NCBI RefSeq assembly: GCF_009914755.1
Contig: NC_060947.1
DNA length: 64,000 bases
Direction: 5' to 3' (one strand)
Source: the human T2T-CHM13v2.0 reference genome, Homo sapiens
The position numbers and the translations under genes were made by a program. Below are positions 23,559 through 35,993 of this stretch, piece after piece. Within the stretch, counting starts at the first letter, position 1. Each line of letters opens with the position of its first letter. The notes below the pieces were generated by a model, which saw only the letters and a list, made by a program, of their open reading frames with translations, had not been told where the DNA came from and did no database searches.

Positions 23559-26500
23559 AGGGACAGCGCAAGATGGCTGGATAGAAGCCTCCACCAATTG
23601 CCCTCCCCAGAGGAAAACAAAATTGAAAAACTGTCCACACTGAAAGCCCCTTTATAAGCACCAAAAATCAAGTGAGTGATCACAGTATCTGGTTTTAATG
23701 CCATATCACTGAAAGAGGAACCGAAGATGGTAAGAAAGACAGTTGTGAATCACCTGCACCATCCTTCCCCCATTTCCCAGCAGCAGCCACGTGGCATGGA
23801 GAGAGAATCTGTGCAATTCAAGGAGGGAAAGTACAATGATTGTGGGACTTTGCATTGGAGCTCAGTGCTGCCTTGCCACAGCAGAAAGCAACACTGGGCA
23901 GAGCTTAGCTGGCACTCATGGAGGGAGCAGTGAGACCAGCCCTAGACAGAACCTGGGTTCTGAAAGCCTTGCAACTGTGGGCAAAAGTACTCTGGGGTCC
24001 TAAATAAACTTGACAGGCCATCTAGGCCACAAGGACTGCAATTCCTGGGCAAGTCCTGGTGCTGCGCTGGGCACAGAGCCAGTAGACTTGGGGGGCATAT
24101 AACCTAGTGCGACACCAGCCAAGGCAGCCAAGGACTGCTTGCACTACCCTTCCCCCAACCCCAGGCAGTGCAGTTTGAAGCTCTGGCACAGACTCCTTCC
24201 TTTTGTTTGGGGAAAAGAGAGGAAAGAGTAAAGAGGACTTTGATTTGCAACTTGGATACCAGCTCAGCCACAGTAGGATAGAGCACCAAGCAGAGTCTTG
24301 AGGCCCTCATTCTAGACCCTAGCTCCTGGGTGACATTCCCAGACATAGCCTGGGCCAGAAGGGAACTCTCTGCTTTGAAGGGAAGGACCCAGTCTGGGCA
24401 GAACTTATCACCTGCTGACTAAAGAGACCTTGGGCTCTGAACAATTAGAAGTGGTTGCCAGGCAGTACTTGCTGTGGGCCTTGAGTAAGACTCAGACACG
24501 TGCTGGCTTCAGATATGACTCAGGACATTCTCAGCTGTGTGCCTATGGGAAGAGACTCCTTCTACTTGAGAACAGGAAAAGGAAGTATAAAGGTGACTTT
24601 GTCTCGCACTTTAGGTCCCAGCTTGGCCAAAGTAGGGTAGAGCTGCAAGCAAGCACTCAGGGTCCTTGATTCCAGGCCTTGGTTCTGGGTGGCATTTCTG
24701 GATATGCCCTGGACCAGAGAGGAGCCTGTTGTCCTGAGGGGAGAGACTCACACCTGACAGCACTCACAACAAGCTGACTGAAGAGCCCTTAGCCCTTGAG
24801 GGAACATGGACAGTAGCCAGATAGTACTTGCTGTGCAACTGGGGTGGTTATGGCCATGGAGAGACTCTTCTGCATGTGGAAAAGGGAAGGCAGCATGGAA
24901 AGGACTTTGTCTTGTGGCATGGGTGCCAGCTCAGCTACAAGAGAATAGAGCACCAGGTAGATTCCTAGGATTCTGGACTCCAGATCCTGACTCCCAGATC
25001 TCTGGCATCTCTAGACCCATGCAGGGCTGGCAGAAACTCACTGCCCTAAAAGGAAGGGCACAGTATTTCTGGCCTCACCATCTGTGGTTACCACAGTCCT
25101 TGGTTGAGACCCAGTGCATGACTGGCTCCAAGTTTGACACACAACATTTCCAGTGGTGGTGGCCACAGTATTGCTACAGTCACTTCTTCCTCAACTCCAC
25201 ACAGCTCAGCAGAGAAAGAGAGAGAGAGAGACTCCATTCATTAATATTTGGAAGAAAGTAAGGGAAGAGGAAAATTATCTCTACCTGATAATCCATGGAA
25301 TTCTTCCAGACCTTCCCTAAAACCACAAAGGTCATACTTCCATAAGTCTGCAAGGACCACAGCTTTACTGAGCTTGGGGTGCCCCCTAATGTAGATACAA
25401 TTTCGGTGACCAAAATTTTAGATCACAACACCCAAGTCCTTTTTGAATACCTAGAAAGACTTTCCGAGAAGGAAGGGTACAAAACAAGCTCGGACTGCAA
25501 AGGCTGCAATACGTACCTAACTCTTCAGTGCGCAGACAACGATGAACAGCCACAGACATCTAGACCATCCGAGGAAACATGACCTAACCAAACAAACTAA
25601 ATAAGGCACCAGGGACAAATCTCAGAGATAAAGAGATATGTGACCTTTCAGACACAGAATTCAAAAATAGCTGTGTTGAGGAAACTCGATGAAATTCAAC
25701 ATAATACAGAGAAGAAATTCAGAATCCCAGAAGAGAAATTTAACAAAGAGATTGAAATAATTAAAAAGAATTAAACAGAAATTCTGGAGTGAAAATGCAT
25801 TTGACATAGAGAAGAATGCATTAGAGTCTCTTAACAGAAGAATTCATCAAGCAGAAGAAAGAATTAGTGAGCTTGAAAATAGACCATTTGAAAATACAGT
25901 TAGAAGAAACAAAAGAAAAAAGAATAAAAAGCAATGAAACACACCTAGAAGATCTACAAAATAGTCTCAAAAGAACAAATCTAGGAATTATTGGCCTTAA
26001 AGAGGAGGTAGAGAGAGATAGGGGTAGAAAGTTTTTTCAAAGAATGAGAACAGAGAACTTTCCAAATCTACAGAAAAACGTCAATATTTAAGTAGAAAAA
26101 GGTTATAGAACACCAAACAAATTTAACCCAAAAAAGACTACCTCAAGGCATTTGATAATCAAACTCACAAAGGTCAAGAATAAAGAAACAATCCTAAAAG
26201 CAGCACGAAAAATAAACCAATAACATACAATGGAGCTCTAATATGTCTTGCAGCAGAGTTTTCAGTGGAAACTTTATAGGGCAGAAGATAGGGGCGTGAC
26301 GTATTTAAAGTGCTGAAGGAAAAAAAAAACTTTTTAATCTAGAATAGTATATCCAGTGAAAATGTCCTTAAAACATGGAGGAGGAATAAAAAGTTTCCCA
26401 ACAAAAAAAAAAGTTGGAAGAGGTCATCAATGCCAGACCTGTCCTACAAAAAAATGCTAAAGGGAATTCCTCAAGCTGAAAGAAGAGGACTTAATGAGCA

Positions 26501-28793
26501 ATAAGAAATCACTGGTAATAGTAAGTACAGAGAAAATCACGGAATATTGTAACGCTATAATTGTGGTGGAGGTTCTAGTACTCAGATCTTGAGTAGAAAG
26601 ACTAAAAGATGAAATGATCACACTAATAACTACAACAACTTTTAAAAACATAGATGGTACAATGAGATTGCATTAGTTCATTCTCACATTTCTATAAAGA
26701 AATCCCTGAGGACTCCTCAAAAAAACTACTATAATTGATAAACAAATTTAGTAAAGTTGCAGGATACAAAATCAACATAGAAAATCAGTAGCAGTTCTAT
26801 ATGCCAACAGCTAGCAATCTGAAAAAGAAATCAAGAAAGTAATCTCATTTACAATAGGAACAAATAAAATAAAATACCAAGGAATTAACTAAAGTGAAAG
26901 ATCTCTACCATGAAAACTATAAAACATTAATGCAAGAAATTGAAGGGGACACAAAACAATGAAAATATATTTCATGTTAATGGATTGGAAGAATTGGTAT
27001 TGTTAAAATGTTCATAAAACTTGTATTAGTCTGTTCTTGCATTGCTATAAAGAAATATCTAAGACTGGGTAATTTATTTTACAATAGGTTTAATTGGCTC
27101 ACGGTTCTGCAGGCTTTATAGAAAGCATGATGCTGTCATTTGCTCTGTTTCTGGGGAGGCCTCAAGAAGCTTACAATCATGGGGGGAAGCAAAGGGGGAG
27201 CAGGCACATCACATGGCAAGAACAGAAGAAAGAGAGGGAAAAGATGCCACGCGCTTTTAAACAACCAGATATTGTGTGAACTGAGTGAGCTCAATCATCA
27301 CCAAGGGGTTCAGGCCAAACCATTCAAGAGGTATCCATCTCTATGATCCATATACCTCCCACCAGGCCCCACTTCTAATACTGGGGATTACAGTTCAACA
27401 TGAGATTTGGATGAGGACAAATATACAAACTATATCACTACCCAAAGCAATCAACAGATTCAATGTGATTCCTATGAAAATACCAATAATATTCTTTACA
27501 GAAATAGAAAAATTAATCCTAAAATTTATATGGAACCAGAAAAGACTCATAATGGCCAAAACCACCTTGGACAAGAAGAATAGAACTGGAGGAATCACAA
27601 TCATTGACTTCAAATTACAATACAGAGCTATAGTAAACCAAAGATCATGGTACTGGCATAAAAACAGAAACATAGACCAATAGATCAGAATATAGAACCC
27701 AGAAAGAAATCCTGACATCTACAGTGAACTCATTTTTGATGAAGGTGTCAAGAACATACATTGGGGAAATGATAATCTCTTCAATAAATGGGGCTGGGAA
27801 AACTGCATATGTATATGGAAAAGAATGAAACTAGACTGCTGTCTCCTGCCATATACTAAAATCAAATCAAAATGGATTAAATAATTAAATTTAAGACCTA
27901 AAACTGTGAAACTGCTTAAAAGGAAACTTTGGGGAAATGCTTCAGGACATTGGTCTGGGCAATTTTTTCTTTAGTAATATCCCACAAGCACAGGCAACCA
28001 AAGCAAAAATAAACAAATGGGATCACGTCAAGTTAAAAAGCTTTTTCACAACAAAGAAAACAATCCACAAAGATACAACCAACAGAATGGGAAAAATATT
28101 TGCAAACTGTCCATCTGACAAGGGATTAATAACCAGAATATATAAGGAGCTCAAACTACTTAATAGGAAAAAAATCTAATAATCTGATTAAAAATGGGCA
28201 AAATATCTGAATGATCATTTCTCAAAAGAAGACATACAAAAGACAAACTAAAAATAGAGCTACCATATGATCCGACAACATCAAAGGGATATCTGCACTC
28301 CCATATTTGTTGTAGCTGTGTTCACAATAGCTGAGATTTGGAAGCAACATAAGTGTACATCAACGGATGAGTGGATAAAGAAAATGTGGTACATATACAC
28401 AATGGAATACTATGCAGCCATCAAAAAGAATGAGATTCTGTCATTTGCAACAACATGGATGGAACTGGACATCATTATGTTAAGTGAAATAAGCCAGGCA
28501 CAGAAAGACAAACATCACATGTTCTCACTTATTTGTTGGAGCTAAAAAATAAAACAGTTGTATTCATGGACATACAAAGTAGAATGGTGGTTACCAGAGG
28601 CTGGGAATAACAGTAGGTTAGGAGTAAATGGGGATGGTTAGTGGGTACAACACACTTTTTAACACAAATGATAAATGCTTGACGTGATGGATACTTCATT
28701 TACCCTAATGTGATTATTATGTATTGTATGCCTGTATCAAAATATTTCGCACCTACTATGTACCCACATAAGTTAAATATTTTAAAAAGTTTA
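23559..28793 (+). mobile_element. LINE-1, L1MA3-like: long 5'UTR, ORF1, large ORF2 deletion, nested MST LTR
   Basis: 5' caagatggctggatagaagcctcc; ORF1 and ORF2 C-terminal peptides; 3' end acctactatgtacccac plus A-rich tail; decayed TSD aaaagaatcccctag (23544-23558) / aaaagaatctgccag (28794-28808). Confidence 0.9.
27022..27437 (-). mobile_element. MST (MSTA/B-like) solo LTR nested in L1 ORF2
   Basis: tgtattagtctgttcttgcattgctataaagaaata ... caaactatatca; L1 resumes at ctacccaaagcaatc. Confidence 0.9.
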
Positions 28794-30207
28794 AAAAGAA
28801 TCTGCCAGAATACATACATTATAAATCATGTTCTATAACACAAAGCAATACAACTACAAATGAATGTAAATAAAGATGCAGAAAACCAAATTACTTAAAA
28901 ATGTTAATAATGAACAAAACTATTTTCCTAAATGAAAGTATACAAAGTGGAAAGCCTAACCCTATTTACAGAGAATTGGAAAAGTGTGGTTCATAAGGAA
29001 TGAGTATGTTACAAGCTAGAACATTTGAGATAGGCAAAAGGTGTATTAAAAGGCAAATTAAAATCCCTAAACATCTTCATGAGCAGATTAAAAAATGAAT
29101 CAATATTGTAACTTAAGAAGGTGGAAATATAATACATAAGTAGATCTATGCTACAGAGGAAGCTGTTAGTCAAAATAACATGAATAAATAAATTTTAAAA
29201 GCAGAAAAAAAGTAACAGTTTGTAAATAAATATTAAAAAAGATAAATCACTAATTTTGATAATAAACAAGGGCAAAAGTAGACAAATATACTGTGATAAG
29301 AATATCAAAAAGAGGAAATAGTAGCAGATATACAAGTTTTAAGACAATATATATCACTTTGCTAATAAATTTGAAATGTTTTTCTATGCTATATTAATTT
29401 CTAAAATTGAGTGAATAAAAGGTCAAAATCTAAGAAAACAATAGCTTAGGAAAAAAAATGAGAAAACCATTAAAAAATTCAGTCCAGATAATTTCACTGA
29501 CAATTTCTTTCACACTTTCAATTAGAAAATGTTTCTGATGTAGTTTATATTGTATTACATCATAGAGTAAAACGGGGAGTTTTTGTTACAGAACCAGCAG
29601 CAGGCTGATAAGAAAACATGAAAGAGTTTAAAAAATAGTGACACAACTATACTTTTGAATACAGATGGGAAAATCAGAAGTTTGTAATTAATATATAGAA
29701 CCCAAGATTAAAATAAAATAAGAATATAACATGAGCAAATAGATTTTGTTCCAGAGATGCAAGATAAGTATTAGAAAATCTGATGACATTTGCAACACTA
29801 ATAAGCCCAAAAGAAAAATAAAACATATAATCATGACAGATGTTAAAAAAGAAAAAGAATGCAGTATTTATTACTGATAAAAAATAAAGTACAGATTTGC
29901 TTTATTAAAGTAGCAGCCAGAATCATATTTAATAGTCAAGCACTACAATTATTTCTGTTATAATCAGGAAGAAGACAGTAGTCTCAAAAACCATTAGTAT
30001 TGTGTAAATCACTATTATATAAAATTTTTTGGAATTTCTCCTAAAGCAATAATACAAAATAATGAATCCAAAAGTGTAAATATGATTAAGTAACATGGCA
30101 AAATTACCATTATTTACTCATGATTGTATATCTAGAAAAAAAAGGAAGAATTTCTAAACCAAACAAAATAAGAAGCAATATGATGATTGAGTAAAATAGT
30201 AGGCTAC

Positions 30208-30605
30208 TGCTATGGACTGAGTTATTTTCCCTCAACATTTATATGTTGAGGCCCTAATCCCCAATGTGATTATATTTGGAAACAGGGCATATAAGAAGGA
30301 AATTAAGGCTAAATAAGCTAATAAGGGTGAGGCCCTGATATAATCAGATCAGCATCCTTAAAAGAAAAGATGCTAGTGAGTTCATTCTCACTCTCTGAAC
30401 ATAAACATAAACAGAGAAGTCAAGTGAGTACATAATGAGATTGCAGACACCTGCAAGGCAAGAGAAGCAGTTTTAGAATAAAACCTAACTTGTCAATACC
30501 TTCATCTTGGACTTCCAAGCCTCCAGAACTGTGAAAAATACATTTCTATTGTTTAAGTCACCCAGTCTTTCATCTTTGTTATGGAAGCCTGAGATGGATA
30601 ATACA
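30208..30605 (+). mobile_element. MLT1B-like solo LTR
   Basis: tgctatggactga...taataca, 398 bp, with perfect 5-bp TSD gctac on both sides. Confidence 0.92.
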
Positions 30606-31304
30606 GCTACCAATTTTAGGCAAAATGGGTAAGAATTTCACATAGCAGGTGCATGATGGCATATTATATTTATCTTCAACTTTTATATATGTTAATGTGT
30701 ATAAAATTTTGTATCTTGGAAATATTTTAAGAAATATTTTTTAAAAGAGACAATGTAAGATGGCAAATACTTATGAAATAAGTAAAATCAGATTTAAATT
30801 ACTATAATATTTTACAATTAGATAAAATGTGCAAATAAAATATAGAAGAAAGAGTTATATATATACACTCACAAAATAGCAACAAAAACATTAACAAACA
30901 CGGTATAAGCAACAAATAAATAGAACCTATAAGACAAAGCTATGAAACATAAATGAGGGATATAAAAAATACTTGAATAAATGTGGAGATGTACTTCTTT
31001 CTCTGATTGTAAATATTTTAGTTACCCCTAAATTAATTAATACTAGTTTTGATAATCCCAATAAAAATTCCAGTGGGGCATTTTTGTAATTTGGAAAGTG
31101 ATTTAATGTTTATCTGAAAGAGTAAACATATGACAATAGCCAGAAAAGGCATTGCCTTACCAGATTTCAAAGCCTATTATAAAGCTATCCAGAAATTAAA
31201 ACTGCATTGCTGGCCTAGAAATGGAACAGATTGGAGCCTTAAGACAGGTTATTAAGTACATTAAGAATTCAGTAGCCATTGAAATTTACCACCACAAATC
31301 TGCA

Positions 31305-31535
31305 GTTCAGAATAATGATTAAGAATGTTTTTTAGAGTCAGGCAGTCTTGAGTTCAAACCCCTGATCTGTCATTTATTAGCTGTGTGTACCTTCATTAAT
31401 TTCCTCAACCTATGTGAATATGAGTTTCATCATCTGTATAATGGGACAGTAATACTTACATCAGAATGAAATAATGTATGTGCCTGGTACAATTTACATA
31501 TAGTAATACATAATTTACATACAGTAAATCCTCAA
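31305..31535 (+). mobile_element. MIR
   Basis: agagtcaggcagtcttgagttcaaacc...tagctgtgtgtacc...catctgtataatggg. Confidence 0.85.
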
Positions 31536-31949
31536 TAAATGGTAGTTTCTGGATCCCTGTCTCACTCCTTGCATCAATATAAATTGCAGGTGAGTCAAAA
31601 GTCCACATATGTAGAAAATAAACAAAATAGAATAAAAATATAGAGGAATGGAAATATAATTATATTTTGAGGTAGTTATAAGCATGATGAAGAAATTGAA
31701 AATCATAAAGCAAAAAATAGTATATTTGTTATATAAGAAATAAATTCTGTGTAATGAAAATTAAATTACCATAATAAGTTGAATGACAGCAACACTATTG
31801 GGGAAAGGATATGCAATATATATGTCAATATGATTAATTTTATGTGAATATTTACGTTTCAATGGTTAGTTATTTGTGTTCCATATGTATGCTGTCTTGG
31901 TTTTAATACATTTTTTTTCTGTAAATATTCATTAGCAATGAGTGGCCCT

Positions 31950-32560
31950 ATATTTGTAGAAGACTTGAAATGAAGCTGAAGCAATTGAAACATCGGTCTT
32001 GTTTGCTAGATGGAATTATTTCCAGTTGCAGAGGGATGATGTTATTTCTGTTTGTCTAATGTCTTTATTAATGACTTTGAAAAGTAGTTAAATGACATGT
32101 TAATTAAATTTGAGGTGATAGTAAAGGAGAAAGCGTTGTGAATATCATTGAGATTCCAAACAATAACCTCTTTGGGAGAGGTTAAGGATATAAGCAAACT
32201 AGAAAGCCAGATTTAACCTATCAAGTAAAAGCAATCATGCAGGGAAAATGATCAAAAATAGATATTTTAGTCTAAGGAGAGTACTGACTGGAAATCAGCC
32301 GTGCTGTGAGCATTTGGCAGTCACTAGAATAGAATTAGGCTAAATAAAATTCTCAAGCAATGAGAAGATTCACACTGAATTTTTAACTTATTTCCAAAAA
32401 AAATGCATTTTACTTTGAAGTGTTGTTCTAAATGTTGGTGTAGCCCACAAACAAAGGACCATAGGCTTTAGGGATAGATCTTATGATCAGAAAAATGTCC
32501 ATATCTGCTGCTGAGGTAAAAAAAAAAAAATCTCTACAGCATGGATGAAATTAGTTGTGT
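31950..32560 (+). mobile_element. L3/CR1 LINE reverse transcriptase remnant
   Basis: From 32052 it reads LSNVFINDFE and then LIKF, like CR1 LFNIFINDLD...LIKFADDTK. Confidence 0.6.
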
Positions 32561-32639
32561 AAAGAAAACTTGATGAGCAATACCACATCTTAGAGAGTGT
32601 TTTGGAAAAAGGTAAATGATTAATCTGCATTTTAAAGTT

Positions 32640-32812
32640 AGTGTTTCCACTTACTTCAGAACCACCTGGAGTGCTTTTTAAAATGCAGATTTCTGGGCTC
32701 TAGCACAGACCAACTGAAGCAGAATCCCTGGATGCAGGCACATGTAATCTGCATTTTAAAGGAAGGTTGTTTTCTTTCTTTTTACATAATAACTTTGGGA
32801 ACCATTGCTTAG
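32640..32812. mobile_element. MER5-like hAT-Charlie DNA transposon
   Basis: cagaaccacctggagtgctttttaaaatgcagatttctgggc...aatctgcattttaa...tttgggaaccattg. Confidence 0.8.
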
Positions 32813-34371
32813 TGTTATCTGTACGAAATTCCACTAAAATATGATGAATGGAAAATAACATACAAAATGGGAACTCTATCATACTATGGAAAGCTTTTGT
32901 AATGACTTGGAATACTATGGCACCGATTATTAGGAGTTAACCAACACCACACAAAGGAGAAGCATAAAATCATCAAGATTATTTGTGTACAGCCTCACAA
33001 ATTGGATAGTACACAACTCCATGGTGAATTATTCACATAGATTACCGTGTGGATGGCACCCCCTAGAGTTTGCAGTGCAGATCTTAAATCAGTACATACA
33101 GATGTTCCCAGTTAGTACTAGCATAATTATATTTTGGAGCAGGGTAGTTCATTAATCTCTATCACACTCAAAATGAAAAGATTTATGTTTTCCATGGTTC
33201 GATTCACCAGACATTACAAATTTGGCATTCAAGATGCCTTGATGTTGAGATAAGGAAGTTACTAGAAATAAGAATATACCCTATTTTAATACAGTCACAT
33301 TTTCATTCATAAATCAGTCTCCTGTTATTTAGACTTGAGTGAATCATAGTTTTATTACCTACAGAGTTGAGCACCAGAACTTGGACCAAGAAAGATTGCA
33401 CTAAAGCTATTGATCTAATGAAACCATCCTGAAACTATCAGCCAGCTTTGCCCTTGTTATGACTATAGCTGCCATACTGTCATATTACATATTTTCTGTG
33501 GTAAAGGAAAGAAAAAATTAGTTATAAGTAACTAAGAAAAGACAGAAACAGCTTGATGAGCTATAGATTCCATTTAGAATATTTTTCCCTCACATGCATT
33601 TTTTTTTTTTTTTTGCACCTGCAACCAGATTGTAACCTTGAGAAGAATCTTGCCCACAAATTTAGAGGCCACAGTGGAAAATTTACTTCTGGGAGTAGGT
33701 CATCAAAAGAGCATGCTGAATCCAGATGCAGAGGAAATTAGAACTTTTGTTTGTTCTCTCTTTGAGGACAACTGTGCTCTCTGTGAAAATTACATAGCCC
33801 CTTCTTACACTGTTTCAGGGGGAGAGAAGCCTATTAGCAAAACAAGTAAGGGAGATATTGGAGCACAAAATTGGGAGGAGGAATTAGAAAAATGATTGAG
33901 TTTGAAAACTGCTGAGTAATTAGGGGAGGAAAAGGGGATGGAGAGCGACGATTTGTTACCTGAACTAAGAAAGCAGATGGAACTTACTGAAATGGTGAAT
34001 AGCAAATAATAACTTCTCTCACAGGTTTCCCTTCTCCTGAAAATCACCTTTACTGGACCCAAATGCACTTTCTTTACTTGTCCTTATTTCTTTCCTTTCT
34101 TTTACAAATAAACTTCTGTTTACAAGTTTATTCTATGTTTATTACACAGTCCCTCTTTAATCCTTTAACCGCTAACCTAAATATACCTCACCTGAAATTT
34201 CTTCCCATCATTCTACTTAATTTGTACTCCTAAAAGTCACCAATGCCGTATCAAACCTATATTTCCCTGTCCAAATCTCTCTCCCAATGTGTTTCTGCTT
34301 TTATAAATATCTGCTGGCATTTCCCCCCCGTATAGCAACAGCATAAACATAAACAATAAAAACAATACCAA

Positions 34372-34612
34372 TAACAACAAAGCAAATTATTTATTGAGCA
34401 CTGCCAGGCACTGTCCCAAGCACTTTGTATGTGTTAACTCTTGATTGTCTCGACAACCTTAAAATGTAGGTACTGTCATATTCTTCATTATACAGATCAG
34501 GTAACAAATTTGGGAAATTTCATAACTTTCCCAAGTTCACATAAACTAGTAAATGGTGAAGCCAGGATTTGAACTCAGGTGTTCTGACATCTAAGTGTTT
34601 GACTACTTTTAT
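34372..34612 (-). mobile_element. MIR inserted in an L2 fragment (L2 about 34060-34760)
   Basis: ttattgagcactgccaggcactg...ggtgaagccaggatttgaactcagg; flanks resemble L2 (cacttcaaactcagcatatctaaaa). Confidence 0.85.
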
Positions 34613-35894
34613 AGGCTCTCCTTCTTTATGCCATATCACTTCAAACTCAGCATATCTAAAATTAAGTTTCTAAACCCCTATCCCTAATCCTAAGCAAAAC
34701 TCTTTACTTTCTACATTTCTTTAATGAAATCACCATTTTCTCAAGTCTCAATGGTACCATCTTTAAGCATGGATAATGGAAACTAAGGAGTTTTCAGGGT
34801 TTTGATTTACCAATGCATGAGAATGTTCATCCAAAAACACATGAAAAACCTCTTTTAATGCAGAATGTATTTACTTTAATATAATATGTACTCAGGTCTA
34901 TGAACATGCATTAATAATTCTTAAACATTCCAGATCTTTTTCAACATGCTTTCCTGCAAACAAACTTGGATTTTAAATGCTTAGCCAGGGTATGCAATAT
35001 TTGGCAAAGATTCCTCTGCCTATGCTCTCCTTTAGTGACTCTCAAGCTTCATCAGGCATGTAAACACTCCAGTAACATGCATAAAGAAAAAGGCCCCAAA
35101 TATATTCTTTCTCCAGATAAGAAGTTATATAAATGAAGAGTGCTCAACTTAAAGTATCTCTAGGTTAAGCAAGATAATAGGTTAAGTGTAGAGATGGGGG
35201 GGATTGTTATAGCTAAAAAATTTTAAATAATTTATATGGGAACGGGTTTTAGTCATTTAGATACTTCTCTCTTCCTCACCATGTTTGGAAATGCATAGGT
35301 CTTTGGCACAGGGCAGATCAACCTTCTCTGTAGTTGGATTGCTTTTTCATTTTTGTACAGATATTTTGGTGTTTGATAGACTTAGACAACCTTTATATTT
35401 TAGCATTGTTTAAAGAGCAAAGCATCAAACATGGGAGCTAGTATATTAAAAGGTGCTTTGCTCAATTCTGTCCTTGAACCTAAAATTTCAAGAGTTCATT
35501 CACCTACTATCAGTTGTTTTAAAATTACCCAAAATTGTAGCAATAGTTCTATTCTCTAGAAAAGGGAATTTATGTAACAATAGCTCAACATCAAGGTACT
35601 CTTGCTGAAGATGCTTCTGACTTTGTAAAATAACTGAGCCCTTTTTAGTTTTGTTTCCTATGATGCAGTAGGTCTGTGCCTTGTTCTCTAATACCCGCAG
35701 TTAGGGCCTTTCTCTTTTGCTTGATCCTTTGCCAAATACTGTAGTTATTTTAATATTGTATTGCTTCATTTTCTTTAACATTGTTTATTTCCAGAAACTG
35801 AAATCCACATCCGGAATTTTATTCCCCATGTCAAGTGCTATCTGATTTCTTTGACACTCACTGTCTATCTGCCTAGCCCTTGGGGCTGTCACAT

Positions 35895-35993
35895 ATTGGT
35901 CACACAAACTATACACTGCAAACTCTAGGGGACACCATTGTGCAGACTCTGATGTGAATAGTGCTCCTTGGAGTTGTGGAATGAGGCGGCACT
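35895..35993. mobile_element. MER91-like hAT-Tip100 relic
   Basis: aactctaggggacaccattg...atgtgaatagtgctccttggagtt, an internal inverted repeat. Confidence 0.6.

Larger units (their letters stand above)
28809..31830 (+). mobile_element. Very old L1M/L1ME ORF2 remnant, interrupted by MLT1B and MIR
   Basis: A-rich and colinear with ORF2 landmarks (ttccagagatgcaag, aatcaggaagaagaca, ccttaccagatttcaaagcctattataaagcta, ccctgtctcactcctt). Confidence 0.7.

Noticed and set aside
24806-25261. 151-aa ORF
   Set aside because: It lies in the GC-richer L1 5'UTR monomers and resembles no protein I recognise
33629-33845. Possible exon (poly-T...ccag acceptor, caa|gtaagg donor)
   Set aside because: Motifs only; no recognisable peptide, and such pairs are common by chance
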